This document shows positions 1 to 9,623 of a stretch of 64,000 nt of DNA, in pieces. The first letter of the stretch is position 1; the number at the start of each line of letters is the position of its first letter. Location of the stretch: the IMG/VR virus record IMGVR_UViG_3300014000_000001, positions 168,791-232,790 of that record. One strand, given 5' to 3'. Under the pieces are notes generated by a model. The model was not told where the DNA came from. It searched no databases and saw only the letters and a program-made list of their open reading frames with translations. The DNA comes from a virus (Duplodnaviria; Caudoviricetes). Made by a program: the position numbers and the translations under genes.

Positions 1-63
1 ATGTAATGACTTCTAAAACTCCTCTTGCTATTCTTGTTTAATAGTTAGCTGGTCTTTAGAATT

Positions 64-94
64 AAGAAGCCTCTCCCAATGGGAGAGGCTTCTT
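64..94 (+). terminator. Intrinsic terminator-like hairpin
   Basis: 14-bp perfect stem aagaagcctctccc/gggagaggcttctt with aat loop, followed by ctttatgc. Confidence 0.75.
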
Positions 95-120
95 CTTTAT
101 GCATTAATCTCAATTTATTT

Positions 121-143
121 CAGATATATATTATCTAAGTGAA
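121..143 (+). promoter_or_regulatory. Phage early promoter-like motif, copy 1
   Basis: cagatatatattatctaagtgaa; the motif recurs 8 times in intergenic DNA, usually ahead of an (A)CAGAGG RBS. Confidence 0.75.
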
Positions 144-194
144 CTAGATCATTAATCCTAATGATCATCAATCTTTATTACAGAGGTAAATAAA

Positions 195-548
195 ATGACT
201 ACTTATGTTTCTAAAATCCAAACCCAATTTAATCTTGCAAATATCAAAGAATGTTTAGAAGATCATAATGGAAAAGGTAGAGCAATATTGCTAGATCTTA
301 TTGGTACACTCGCAGGCATTGGGTTGGCGACCAAAGAAATATCCCACAATGAGTGGGCGATAACCTATATCACCGACATAGACACTCGCTATGTCAAAAT
401 AGATTTCGAGCATGATTGCATCACCTCTTTAAATATTGATAATGATACATTCCTTTCACAATCTACTGATGTGATTTGTTCCGCTGAAAATCTATATAAA
501 CTCTGTATAGGTTTGGAGTACGGGTACACTAAAGCAAATTCTAAATAA
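195..548 (+). CDS. Hypothetical early protein (117 aa)
   Basis: ORF with ACAGAGG RBS, after the promoter motif and before a terminator. Confidence 0.8.
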   Translation: MTTYVSKIQTQFNLANIKECLEDHNGKGRAILLDLIGTLAGIGLATKEISHNEWAITYITDIDTRYVKIDFEHDCITSLNIDNDTFLSQSTDVICSAENLYKLCIGLEYGYTKANSK

Positions 549-551
549 GAT

Positions 552-580
552 AAAGCCCTTCGGGGCTTTTCTTTTTTTAT
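552..580 (+). terminator. Intrinsic terminator
   Basis: aaagccc-TTCG-gggcttt followed by a T-rich tract. Confidence 0.85.
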
Positions 581-687
581 TCTTTTACAGATTTAACTAT
601 TATTTGAATACCCCTTTCAAGGATATTAAAACAGAGAAAAGATCTATGCCATTAAAGGGGTTTCAATAATGATACTTAACCATATTT

Positions 688-710
688 TAGATATACATTA
701 TCTAATTGAA
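688..710 (+). promoter_or_regulatory. Phage early promoter-like motif, copy 2
   Basis: tagatatacattatctaattgaa, with ACAGAGG at 721. Confidence 0.7.
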
Positions 711-733
711 GATGCTCAAAACAGAGGTTTATA

Positions 734-1519
734 GTGATGAACTTAGATGATAAATTATGGAATTCAGAATACGCAGATCATCTGGTATTAGGATCAAACA
801 TTCGTACCCATAATGAGGAAATCGTTGATATTAAAGTCAATGCATATTTGAATGAAGGATTCGCTCATCTAAATTACAGTAGTACCAAAAAGGGACAACC
901 TGAATATAGCTTTAGTGGTTTACAAAGCCGTGTAGTTATCTTAGATAAGTTAAGAGCTTTTCGCGATAATGATCACACCAAAACGGAAATGCGTAGCGTT
1001 CGCGTCGATACTGCAAAGTTATCTGATTTGGATAAAGAAACACTAGAGAATATTTTTCGTCATCCAGTGTTCTTAGAAGGTTATACGGTGACGCTATCTG
1101 CAAGTAAAGCAGTTCAGGTTGAAAAGCCCGTAACTCGTGAAGACTTTAATGATTTATTTTATTCATCTAATTGCCCGAAATTAGATGAGAAAGGTGATGT
1201 CTACCTAATTCTACGTGCAGTTAAGGGTGACGAAATTAAATTCCAATCCTTCAATCTAACTGAATTGTACATTAACCGTTATGTTGAGTTAAATGACATC
1301 ATTGACCTTTTAGAGTTTCAGGTGAGTTTGGATGCGCGTAGCTCAACACGTATTGCTCCAGAAGCCTTGCACCGACATGATCCAAATTACAAAGAGCAAC
1401 TTAAACGCGCTCAGAGTAATTTAGTTGAGTTAGAAACAAATAACTTAAGAAGTTGGGTATCTGATGTAATTGATGAACAAAAGGCTGGAATTCGTGTAAT
1501 TCCAAATAGAAGGAAGTAG
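734..1519 (+). CDS. Hypothetical early protein (~260 aa)
   Basis: Long ORF with RBS; no recognised family. Confidence 0.8.
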   Translation: MMNLDDKLWNSEYADHLVLGSNIRTHNEEIVDIKVNAYLNEGFAHLNYSSTKKGQPEYSFSGLQSRVVILDKLRAFRDNDHTKTEMRSVRVDTAKLSDLDKETLENIFRHPVFLEGYTVTLSASKAVQVEKPVTREDFNDLFYSSNCPKLDEKGDVYLILRAVKGDEIKFQSFNLTELYINRYVELNDIIDLLEFQVSLDARSSTRIAPEALHRHDPNYKEQLKRAQSNLVELETNNLRSWVSDVIDEQKAGIRVIPNRRK

Positions 1520-1525
1520 AGGAGG

Positions 1526-1747
1526 ATGATTATCGCTTATGGGTTTGCGATTATATCCACAATTTGTTTCTGGTTAAGTATAGTGATGTTAGTGTTACTG
1601 GCTAGAGATAAAGACTGGTTGACTCAGTTTGTTGCAGTATCGTTGTTAATCATTTTATTACCCTTAGTAGTCTTTATAACTTATATTTTAATAACAGGGC
1701 AGTATTTTGACGTATTACAAGGTCAACTTACTAGTCTTCGATCTTAG
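1526..1747 (+). CDS. Small membrane protein, two predicted TM helices
   Basis: Two hydrophobic stretches; AGAGGAGG directly upstream. Confidence 0.7.
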   Translation: MIIAYGFAIISTICFWLSIVMLVLLARDKDWLTQFVAVSLLIILLPLVVFITYILITGQYFDVLQGQLTSLRS

Positions 1748-1758
1748 GAGAATTTATC

Positions 1759-2100
1759 ATGCTTCGTCAACGTATTGTTGATGCGGTGAACATGTATGAG
1801 CCAGAAGAGAATGATATCAGTGAAATGATTCATCATCTTTCAGTGAATTACGTGAAGACCGTAATCGACCAAATTATTGATCAGCAAGACCCCCCATTGG
1901 TAGTTGCTAATAATGCAATCTATATCAAGATGTTAGATTCTTATTCTCGTCAGTGGATAAGAGTTGCATATAAGGAAGGGAACCAAGTTAAATGGCATGG
2001 AGATATGTTTCATGATCTTCTCATTGATACAGGGTTAAGTGCGAGAGAGTTTGATCAAGCTCTTGATGACATTATTATTAAGTGGCGTCCGTTATTGTGA
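1759..2100 (+). CDS. Hypothetical protein (113 aa)
   Basis: AGGAG RBS; followed by a hairpin. Confidence 0.75.
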   Translation: MLRQRIVDAVNMYEPEENDISEMIHHLSVNYVKTVIDQIIDQQDPPLVVANNAIYIKMLDSYSRQWIRVAYKEGNQVKWHGDMFHDLLIDTGLSAREFDQALDDIIIKWRPLL

Positions 2101-2106
2101 TAATAA

Positions 2107-2130
2107 ATGAGGTGGGATTACCCACCTCAT
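2107..2130 (+). terminator. Terminator-like hairpin
   Basis: atgaggtggg-atta-cccacctcat, then ccttatgc. Confidence 0.65.
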
Positions 2131-2176
2131 CCTTATGCTGGTGTTTGAATAAGCTGCTATTAGATTGAAGTTTATT

Positions 2177-2199
2177 TGAATATACATTATCTAAATGAC
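2177..2199 (+). promoter_or_regulatory. Phage early promoter-like motif, copy 3 (upstream of the nvRNAP-subunit operon)
   Basis: tgaatatacattatctaaatgac. Confidence 0.7.
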
Positions 2200-2222
2200 G
2201 GATAACGAAAAGGTGTCGTCTA

Positions 2223-3440
2223 ATGCATCGTGGAAGAAAGCAGTTAGGGTTTAAACTTCCGAAGGAATTAGGTAGTGGTACAATCAATCCTATTCCAGTA
2301 AAGGAACATCCTAACACACTGAATAAAATAACACTCTCTTCAGCGTCAACGATAGAGTGCTATAATTATACAGGTCACGTGATTAGAACGTATGATCACA
2401 TGGGAGTATGTTTAACTCACGCCCCCATAACAACATCACCTGAAATACCAGAGTTCGTTGGATGTTTTGTTATTAAGAAGCAACTTGAAATTAATGATAA
2501 AACTCAAGCATATCAGACTTCGTGGTATCAGGAGGATTCCAAATACTTTCAAACTGGGAATCCCACGGATGAATATTCAAAAACGGTAACAGAAATTATT
2601 AATCGTTATCGTGGTTTATCACGACGAATCGCAGGACATTACTTTAAACTTTCTTATACTGAACTCAATGAAAATGAAGGCAGTATATATGTTAGAGCTG
2701 TAGATTTAGTTGTGGTAGATGATACGAATAAGAATTCGATCATTCACCCAAACTCTAAGCAGTATATGGACATTATGATTGATCGACTCTATGATGCTAA
2801 TCACACCTACACTATTGAAATCAATGACCCCAATGGATCAGGAGAACCTTATTATGTTAACTTAAATGGAAAGGTATTTGCAATTCAACCCACAATGAAT
2901 GATTATGTGGGCGATGGTGCACGTATTGTTTATAAACCACCAAATGAACCTTCACAAACAATTGCTGTTTCATCGATGGATGAAAATGAGTTAAAAAATA
3001 TTGGTATATTTAAGAATTACAGCGATGCCGATAACTATGGGAAGCAATACGATCTTAAGCTTGCAGAACTTGAAAGAGAAACTCAATTGGGTAAAGCAGA
3101 GCTTGCGAAGAACACAGTGGATAATAAAACACAGCTTGATAATTTAGAAACCACTCATAAGCTGACTAAGATCCTAGCAGATATGCAAGCGTTAAATCAG
3201 CAGGCAGAAAATGATAGAATCAAATCAGAGAATGAGAAAGCTAAACATGCGCGTGAATTAGAGAAGCTGGAAAGAGATCTTATTATTCAACAGGAAAACC
3301 ATCGTCGAGAAATCGAGAATATGCGAATGAAAGACTATTATGACCATCGATCTCATGAGAGAAAAGATAGTTCGGAAATGGTTAAATTTCTTCCAGTGTT
3401 AGTAGGTGCGGGAATTGCTGCATTTGCTTTATTGAAATAG
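2223..3440 (+). CDS. phiKZ-like conserved protein (gp122-like position) with C-terminal coiled coil and hydrophobic tail anchor
   Basis: Charged heptad-rich region, then FLPVLVGAGIAAFALLK; lies directly upstream of the gp123-like gene. Confidence 0.6.
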   Translation: MHRGRKQLGFKLPKELGSGTINPIPVKEHPNTLNKITLSSASTIECYNYTGHVIRTYDHMGVCLTHAPITTSPEIPEFVGCFVIKKQLEINDKTQAYQTSWYQEDSKYFQTGNPTDEYSKTVTEIINRYRGLSRRIAGHYFKLSYTELNENEGSIYVRAVDLVVVDDTNKNSIIHPNSKQYMDIMIDRLYDANHTYTIEINDPNGSGEPYYVNLNGKVFAIQPTMNDYVGDGARIVYKPPNEPSQTIAVSSMDENELKNIGIFKNYSDADNYGKQYDLKLAELERETQLGKAELAKNTVDNKTQLDNLETTHKLTKILADMQALNQQAENDRIKSENEKAKHARELEKLERDLIIQQENHRREIENMRMKDYYDHRSHERKDSSEMVKFLPVLVGAGIAAFALLK

Positions 3441-3451
3441 AGGTTTAAAAC

Positions 3452-5086
3452 ATGCGTAACATCGTAAACAAAATCCATGAAACAACTATCCGTTTTAATC
3501 CGAGATTTGCAGGTGGTTATGCAAAGCTTGAAATTGAAAAGGGTGTGAAGTATGTTGATAGCATTTTACAATGCGCTAACCAGTCTTTCCCTGAAGGGTT
3601 AGTCTACGAAAGTCCGAAAATCTGTACTGCGGAACAAACATTCAATGTCTTCATGGATCGTGCCAAGAAGAACGACCGTAAATTCGTTTACGATCATGCG
3701 CGAACAAATGTATTCTTGGTACAATTGAATTTCTCATATAAGGGTACCCCACTCCAGCTGTATCAGTATCTGCCTTTCACTAACGATGCAGCTATGATGA
3801 TCATTCGTGATAAAGCATTCTACATCAAACCAGTTGTGGCTGATCCACTGATTTCAGTTTCTGGGGATGGATTATTCTTACCGCTTAACCAAACCAAGAT
3901 GACAACGCGACCACGTTCCCATTATGTATATAAGGATGATATCTTAACGCAAATCAAAATTCTTGATACGACTATTCATCATTCTTTACGTGATGTGCAG
4001 CGTAAGGATAATAAAGAAGCCAAGATGCGTATCACCACTAATGCGCATTATCTTTTCTGTAAAGAAGGGTATAAGGAGACATTCTTAAAGTATTTCAATG
4101 CCACAGTACAAGCTGGGTATAAGGATACTATTAATTACAAGAACTATCCTAAGGAAGATTGGATCATCTATTCATCTATGGAGGATCGAAGATTCCTACA
4201 ATTAACAGGTGAGCCTGAATGGAAACCACATAACGTTCTATTGGCGGTTAAGCGTAAAGATGTGGATAAATCAGTTGAGTCTATTGTTGGTGCATTCTTT
4301 TATATTCTAGATTTGCTCCCAGATATTGAAGACATCAATTACCTTGATGATACTGCGTGGTGGACAGTATTGATGGGTAAAATCATTTTAGGTATTGAGG
4401 AAGATCACCGTACCTTAATGAAAAAGATGGGTATGCACTTTAGAGCAATCGATACCTATATTGATCCAATGGCGATTAACCTAATGCGTGACAATGATAT
4501 TTATATCACTGACATGTATGATTATCTTGTGTGGTTGGTTGATAACTTTGATGAATACATGAACCGTCCAGAAACAGCACCGTCGTCAATGTATGGAAAA
4601 TACTTGATGGTAAACCGTTATATCTTCCAAGGTATTCGTGAAGCGATCTTCCGTGCGGTTTACGAGCTTCGTCAGAAAAAGCCTGAGAAACTTACAGCTA
4701 AAATTATTTACACAGTATTAAGTGGTAAGCTCAAACCTGATCTTATCACTAAGATCAATAACAACTTCCCAAATGTTTCAGCAGTAATTTCATCATCTGA
4801 TTCTAAACTGCTTAAAATGGGAATCGAGATTGTCCCGCAGGATAACATGCGGCAAGCCAAACAGGAGAAACAACCTAAAATGCTGCAAAATCCAAAATGG
4901 CAATTTGATCCATCTTTTATCGATGTTGGTGGTTTCTCGTCAATGAGTAAGAACGAACCTATCGGTAAAGATATTGGTAACCCAGCAATGAATGTGGGGA
5001 TTAATGGTCAACTCCACCAGCAAGAAGAACTTAAAGAAGTTCTTGCTGAAGTTGAACGTAATACTCGACGAATTGAAAATCACTAA
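3452..5086 (+). CDS. Non-virion RNA polymerase beta subunit, N-terminal part (phiKZ gp123-like)
   Basis: 544 aa; N-terminal FNPRFAGG...YVDSILQCANQSFPEGLVY, YLPF and ITTNAHYLFC motifs, size and synteny match the family as recalled. Confidence 0.8.
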   Translation: MRNIVNKIHETTIRFNPRFAGGYAKLEIEKGVKYVDSILQCANQSFPEGLVYESPKICTAEQTFNVFMDRAKKNDRKFVYDHARTNVFLVQLNFSYKGTPLQLYQYLPFTNDAAMMIIRDKAFYIKPVVADPLISVSGDGLFLPLNQTKMTTRPRSHYVYKDDILTQIKILDTTIHHSLRDVQRKDNKEAKMRITTNAHYLFCKEGYKETFLKYFNATVQAGYKDTINYKNYPKEDWIIYSSMEDRRFLQLTGEPEWKPHNVLLAVKRKDVDKSVESIVGAFFYILDLLPDIEDINYLDDTAWWTVLMGKIILGIEEDHRTLMKKMGMHFRAIDTYIDPMAINLMRDNDIYITDMYDYLVWLVDNFDEYMNRPETAPSSMYGKYLMVNRYIFQGIREAIFRAVYELRQKKPEKLTAKIIYTVLSGKLKPDLITKINNNFPNVSAVISSSDSKLLKMGIEIVPQDNMRQAKQEKQPKMLQNPKWQFDPSFIDVGGFSSMSKNEPIGKDIGNPAMNVGINGQLHQQEELKEVLAEVERNTRRIENH

Positions 5087-5107
5087 TTAACACAGAGGTA
5101 AATAATC

Positions 5108-6808
5108 ATGGCAATGTTTTATCCAGAAGACTTCCCACCAGCTTTCGATAGAGATTATCACAATGATGTGATGTGGATCATCGATGAGCTTGATAAAGCG
5201 ATTAACGAATTGAGTCACCGCTTTGGCGATCCTTTCAGAATTATTGCCGATAATATAGACCAGCATGTGAGAACTATCACAGACACAGCTGCAGGTATCT
5301 TTGATCGAGAGGTACGAGCTCGTCGTAACCCAAATGATTTTATTGGCCCTATGGTGGATGCTATCTTTGTTGAAATTGCATCAGAGTATTGCAAACGTGA
5401 TTCACGTTTAGGTAGTCAAGCGGTCTATGATTTTCTAGATGACCAGTATCGTCGTAATTCATTTCTTGCGAACTCGTCCAATAATCCTAACCGTCGCGAT
5501 GATTATCGTCGCAATGAAAATGGTCGTCGTGATGATCGTCGTGATAGTAACCGTTATGGTGGTAATGCTCGTCCAACAAAGCAACGTCAACGGGAATATC
5601 GTCAGCGTGATGAACGTGATAACTCTCGTTATGGTAATCAACAATCTAGCGGTAATTTCCAAGGACGTCGCTTATCTGATCGTAAGGAGGCACCACCAGT
5701 GAATCGTGATGAAACACAACAACAGGAACGTAAACCTACTTTACGTGATGGAGATGTAATCACCTCAAGCAATATCTTAGATACAGGTATCACTATCGCA
5801 CCAGTGTATATTATTGGAGAGGAACAAACTGTTCTTCGTAATAACTTATTGGTTAACGAAGCATACACTGGGAGAGAAGCTGTGGATTATGATAAACATC
5901 GGGTGGACTTATTGTTCCCGAATATCTTTGGTATGTCCAATGATAAAACAGGTAGTCCAAACACCAGCATTGCAATTAGCGCTGCTGACAAAGCGATGGA
6001 TAATAAAATTCGATCGTTTGTAGCTGGTGAAGTCGAGGGGTCTTATCAATCTACACCAATATTTAAAGAGACTGGTTCGTTTAAATACGATGTGTTGGTG
6101 GAGCAAAGTCTTCCCAAGCTAGATGTTGTTGAGGTGCGTGATCAACTTATCGAACAACACGCTGGTAATTATGAGTGGTTTGTGAAAAACTCTATGATTG
6201 TGAATTTAAACCAGTATGTTGATTTAGGTAAAGACAACGATACAGCAATCGCAACGAGTGCTTTGATTACAGCAACCAACTATGAAGATATGGTTAAGCG
6301 CATGATCTCATTGAGTAATGTATTGGATTCAGCTCGTTGGCGTTGGTTCCATGATTACATCACCCATAAAGTAAATACTATTTTAGTGTTACATGCGGGT
6401 ATCAATGTTCATATCTCTTCAATCATTGCAGATTGGGCAACGCTCAATGAATACGTACACACCAAAGTGGATAAAGCTAAACTGACGTTGTTTGTTATGT
6501 GGTTCTCTGCGATCTTTAAAGATTTAAAAATCGAAAAGAAAGAAGAGAATAACTATCTGACAGTTAAACATACTTTAGTGTATTTGCCTTTAACGAGTTA
6601 TGAATGTGAATTAGCCTCAGCTTCTTTTAAATCAACTGGTGTGGCCTCCATCTCTGCTGACTCAGCTTTGTACCGTTTAGTCTCTCGTGTCTTTAACGAT
6701 GATATTTACGGTACGCTTAGTTTTGTAATGTTGGATGGTGTACGTTTTGAAGTGAATCCTAACGACACAACAGCGTCTCCAGAGTACAACATTGTATTGA
6801 CACCATAA
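5108..6808 (+). CDS. phiKZ-like protein downstream of the nvRNAP subunit, with an R/D/N/Q-rich disordered segment
   Basis: 566-aa ORF, ACAGAGG RBS, low-complexity RRDDYRR...RRDDRRD tract. Confidence 0.7.
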   Translation: MAMFYPEDFPPAFDRDYHNDVMWIIDELDKAINELSHRFGDPFRIIADNIDQHVRTITDTAAGIFDREVRARRNPNDFIGPMVDAIFVEIASEYCKRDSRLGSQAVYDFLDDQYRRNSFLANSSNNPNRRDDYRRNENGRRDDRRDSNRYGGNARPTKQRQREYRQRDERDNSRYGNQQSSGNFQGRRLSDRKEAPPVNRDETQQQERKPTLRDGDVITSSNILDTGITIAPVYIIGEEQTVLRNNLLVNEAYTGREAVDYDKHRVDLLFPNIFGMSNDKTGSPNTSIAISAADKAMDNKIRSFVAGEVEGSYQSTPIFKETGSFKYDVLVEQSLPKLDVVEVRDQLIEQHAGNYEWFVKNSMIVNLNQYVDLGKDNDTAIATSALITATNYEDMVKRMISLSNVLDSARWRWFHDYITHKVNTILVLHAGINVHISSIIADWATLNEYVHTKVDKAKLTLFVMWFSAIFKDLKIEKKEENNYLTVKHTLVYLPLTSYECELASASFKSTGVASISADSALYRLVSRVFNDDIYGTLSFVMLDGVRFEVNPNDTTASPEYNIVLTP

Positions 6809-6811
6809 ATA

Positions 6812-6841
6812 AAGATCTCCCTGCCTCGGCAGGGAGATCTT
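6812..6841. terminator. Bidirectional terminator-like hairpin between convergent genes
   Basis: aagatctccctgcc-tc-ggcagggagatctt with A/T-rich flanks. Confidence 0.8.
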
Positions 6842-6856
6842 ATTATTCTTTTTTTG

Positions 6857-9583
6857 TTAAGCGAACGGATCATCTCCGCCGCCAGCGTCATCACCTCCAC
6901 CGTCGGTTGTACCATCACCAGTACCACCATCATTAGCGAACGGATCACTACCTCCAGCATCAGTATCGGTATTATCGTCACTTGTAGTGTTTTGATCACC
7001 ACCATCTGAACTAAAGTCAGACCCACCACCACTACTAGATGAACCATCCAAGCCTTGAGCGTCTTTAACCTTCTGCACTTCATCATTGGCTTTCTGAATG
7101 ATTTGAGAAGTTAAAACATCATGCTTTTTCAATACATCAATAATAAAGGATTGGGTAGATTCGATACGTTCCATCACATTATCAACTTCTTCACGATCAC
7201 CGTTAAACAAGCTATTAATGAAACCTTCTTTAAACATGTTATTGTTTGCCATCCAATCACGCATGATAAGTGCTTTGATTTTCCGACGTAATGCTTCAAG
7301 CACAGCTTCTAGGTTTTCACCTACATCTGCACCGTCTAGCGCATCTTCACCAATAGTATATTTAAGTACCGCATCAACTAACTTTTCTTGAGCTTGAATT
7401 GCACCATCTAGTAACTCTACTTTCACCATGTCTGGTTTAGGTAAAGCGACTTCGATAGATTTAATAAACTCACGAACAATCGTAGTGGTTTTAACTCCTT
7501 TAATCTCAGGAATATCAGCACGTGCTTTATCAATTGCCTGAATCATCCATTTAAGCACTACTGGAGCGTTTAAGATGTAGTTCTTGATGAACTTACCGAT
7601 GAACTTGGTTAAGATCTTTTGGTCCGCAATTGCACGACGTGCCGCTTGTAAGTTAGATTGGAAGTAAGAAGAAGCAAACTCAACATTACGTGCCATGTCA
7701 ACAACCTCAGGTGTAGAACCCAAAGCTTGGATTAATAACGCTTCATTCTTTTCCACTACCTCAGGATCAGGTGCTGTACGTTCACGATCTAAATGTTCAA
7801 TTGCAACTTGAGTACTTGGAAATTGAGGATGTTGGTCAAACTCCCACTGATATCCTGCAGTTCCTAAGAAATCAACTTGTGTGTTAACATCGGTGTTCAT
7901 TAAACGCGAAGCATTTAAGGTACTGTATCGTGCAAGATTACCCGCAACTCCTTCAACTACTTTATTAAAGTCAATCTCATCATCATCGAAAGTCAATCGA
8001 ATCTTTTTGTAATCGATAGTATTATTCACCGCAGACAGTGTGTTTGCTAATGTTAGAATACTGTTTAGTACCCCAATGTTTTTATGTTTGATAATTAATG
8101 ACTGACCATTACCCTGGTCATCGTAATCAAAAGCAACATAAGTTAACAAAGTAGCAGGAACATAAACCATCTGAGTTTGTTTATTGGATAACAGTCGAGT
8201 AAACATAATATCCATCAGTTGGTTCTTTTTAGAAATCGTAAGGTCACGATCTTTGAAGTAACCACTGTTTAATAAACTCTTGATTTTCCTATCCATGAGT
8301 TTAGTAAATAATGCAGTCTTATCAGATAAGCGTCGTCCTGCCAAGTTATTACTTGCGTAACCTGAATAACCTAATTCAAGATTCCCTTGAGCAAAGTTAG
8401 TTTGTCCTGCCATTGCTGAATTAGTTGCGTCATTACCATAGACACCAGAATACGTTGGCATATACATACCAAGCTCATCATCGATGGAGACTGAATTCCC
8501 TGACATATCCATAACAAGGAAATAACCTTCATGCTTATCTGGACTACCTGGTTGATGAGCAACGAACATTGCTTCGTGGGCAACGTGCTTAAAAAGAGGA
8601 AGGTCATCAGATTCAACATCATCTACAGGTTCTAGTGTGATTACATCATCCATCGAATAAGCGCGAGCACGATCTAAAGATGAATCAATTAATGCATCTG
8701 TTAAACCTTCTTGTTTTAACCCTTCGATTTCTTTAGATGGATCGTATTCAGAGAAACTATCCAAACCATCTAAAGAATCATGCGCTTGTTCCATCTTGAT
8801 AAGTTTGTTACGGATTTCCCCTAAACGCACAATATTAAGATCAGAATGAATCATAATACTGGAAGTGTTTGGAAACTTCTCATCGGTGAAGTCTGATGTC
8901 TTGAATCCAATATCTTCAAGCTTGATTTGAAAATGTTCTGCTTCTACTCCACGGCTTTCGAATTTTAATCTCTTATTTGTCGATAGGTTTTCAAAGAAAG
9001 ATTCGAGTTTGACTAATTTCTCTTTATTACCTAAACGATCATCATTGCTAGAGTGATCGATATAATGTTTTATATTTCCCATTGGGACAACAAGCATGGC
9101 ATAGCTACCAACATCATATTTGGCATCACGTAAAACTGTAGGCAAGATTTCTTCAAGTTCGACATATTCATTCATCACGAATTCGATTTTTTGAAGGAGC
9201 TTAGATTTTAACGTACCCAATTTATCATATGAGCTTTTGTATTGCAGACTACTGTCCAGCGTGTTGTTAGGGGATAGCGTACCATTAACTACAATATCAA
9301 TTGCTAGTTGTGCGTTGGGATTCATCGCTAAGATATTACGAATATCTCGGCGATCACTAATGGTTTTATAAAGGTTGGCATCCAGTGCTCCTTGTTGAGG
9401 GATAGGATGACCATTGGTGGATTGTTGTCCTGAAGACATCACTTGAACAGAAGGGCGCACATAATGACGTAATAAGTCATCAAGATTACCCCCAGCGATA
9501 ACCTGAGGTCTTAGCTTCGTTGAAGCTGTGCCATCATCTCGGGTTTGCCCCTGTGTAAATGAGTTCTTAAATGCTTGCGTCAT
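6857..9583 (-). CDS. Portal protein (phiKZ gp129-like)
   Basis: 908 aa, divergent from a gp128-like gene; HQPGSPDKHEGYF, YVAFDYDDQGNGQSL and LGSTPEVVD..NVEFA motifs; acidic Gly/Asp-rich tail. Confidence 0.8.
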   Translation of the reverse strand: MTQAFKNSFTQGQTRDDGTASTKLRPQVIAGGNLDDLLRHYVRPSVQVMSSGQQSTNGHPIPQQGALDANLYKTISDRRDIRNILAMNPNAQLAIDIVVNGTLSPNNTLDSSLQYKSSYDKLGTLKSKLLQKIEFVMNEYVELEEILPTVLRDAKYDVGSYAMLVVPMGNIKHYIDHSSNDDRLGNKEKLVKLESFFENLSTNKRLKFESRGVEAEHFQIKLEDIGFKTSDFTDEKFPNTSSIMIHSDLNIVRLGEIRNKLIKMEQAHDSLDGLDSFSEYDPSKEIEGLKQEGLTDALIDSSLDRARAYSMDDVITLEPVDDVESDDLPLFKHVAHEAMFVAHQPGSPDKHEGYFLVMDMSGNSVSIDDELGMYMPTYSGVYGNDATNSAMAGQTNFAQGNLELGYSGYASNNLAGRRLSDKTALFTKLMDRKIKSLLNSGYFKDRDLTISKKNQLMDIMFTRLLSNKQTQMVYVPATLLTYVAFDYDDQGNGQSLIIKHKNIGVLNSILTLANTLSAVNNTIDYKKIRLTFDDDEIDFNKVVEGVAGNLARYSTLNASRLMNTDVNTQVDFLGTAGYQWEFDQHPQFPSTQVAIEHLDRERTAPDPEVVEKNEALLIQALGSTPEVVDMARNVEFASSYFQSNLQAARRAIADQKILTKFIGKFIKNYILNAPVVLKWMIQAIDKARADIPEIKGVKTTTIVREFIKSIEVALPKPDMVKVELLDGAIQAQEKLVDAVLKYTIGEDALDGADVGENLEAVLEALRRKIKALIMRDWMANNNMFKEGFINSLFNGDREEVDNVMERIESTQSFIIDVLKKHDVLTSQIIQKANDEVQKVKDAQGLDGSSSSGGGSDFSSDGGDQNTTSDDNTDTDAGGSDPFANDGGTGDGTTDGGGDDAGGGDDPFA

Positions 9584-9623
9584 TTATTGCTCCAATACTT
9601 TTTAACTTTGGAATTCAAAAATC

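Noticed and set aside
5439-7086. Hydrophobic-looking alternative-frame ORFs (5439-5702, 5459-5662, 6706-7086)
   Set aside because: Shadow frames of low-complexity codons in the real genes
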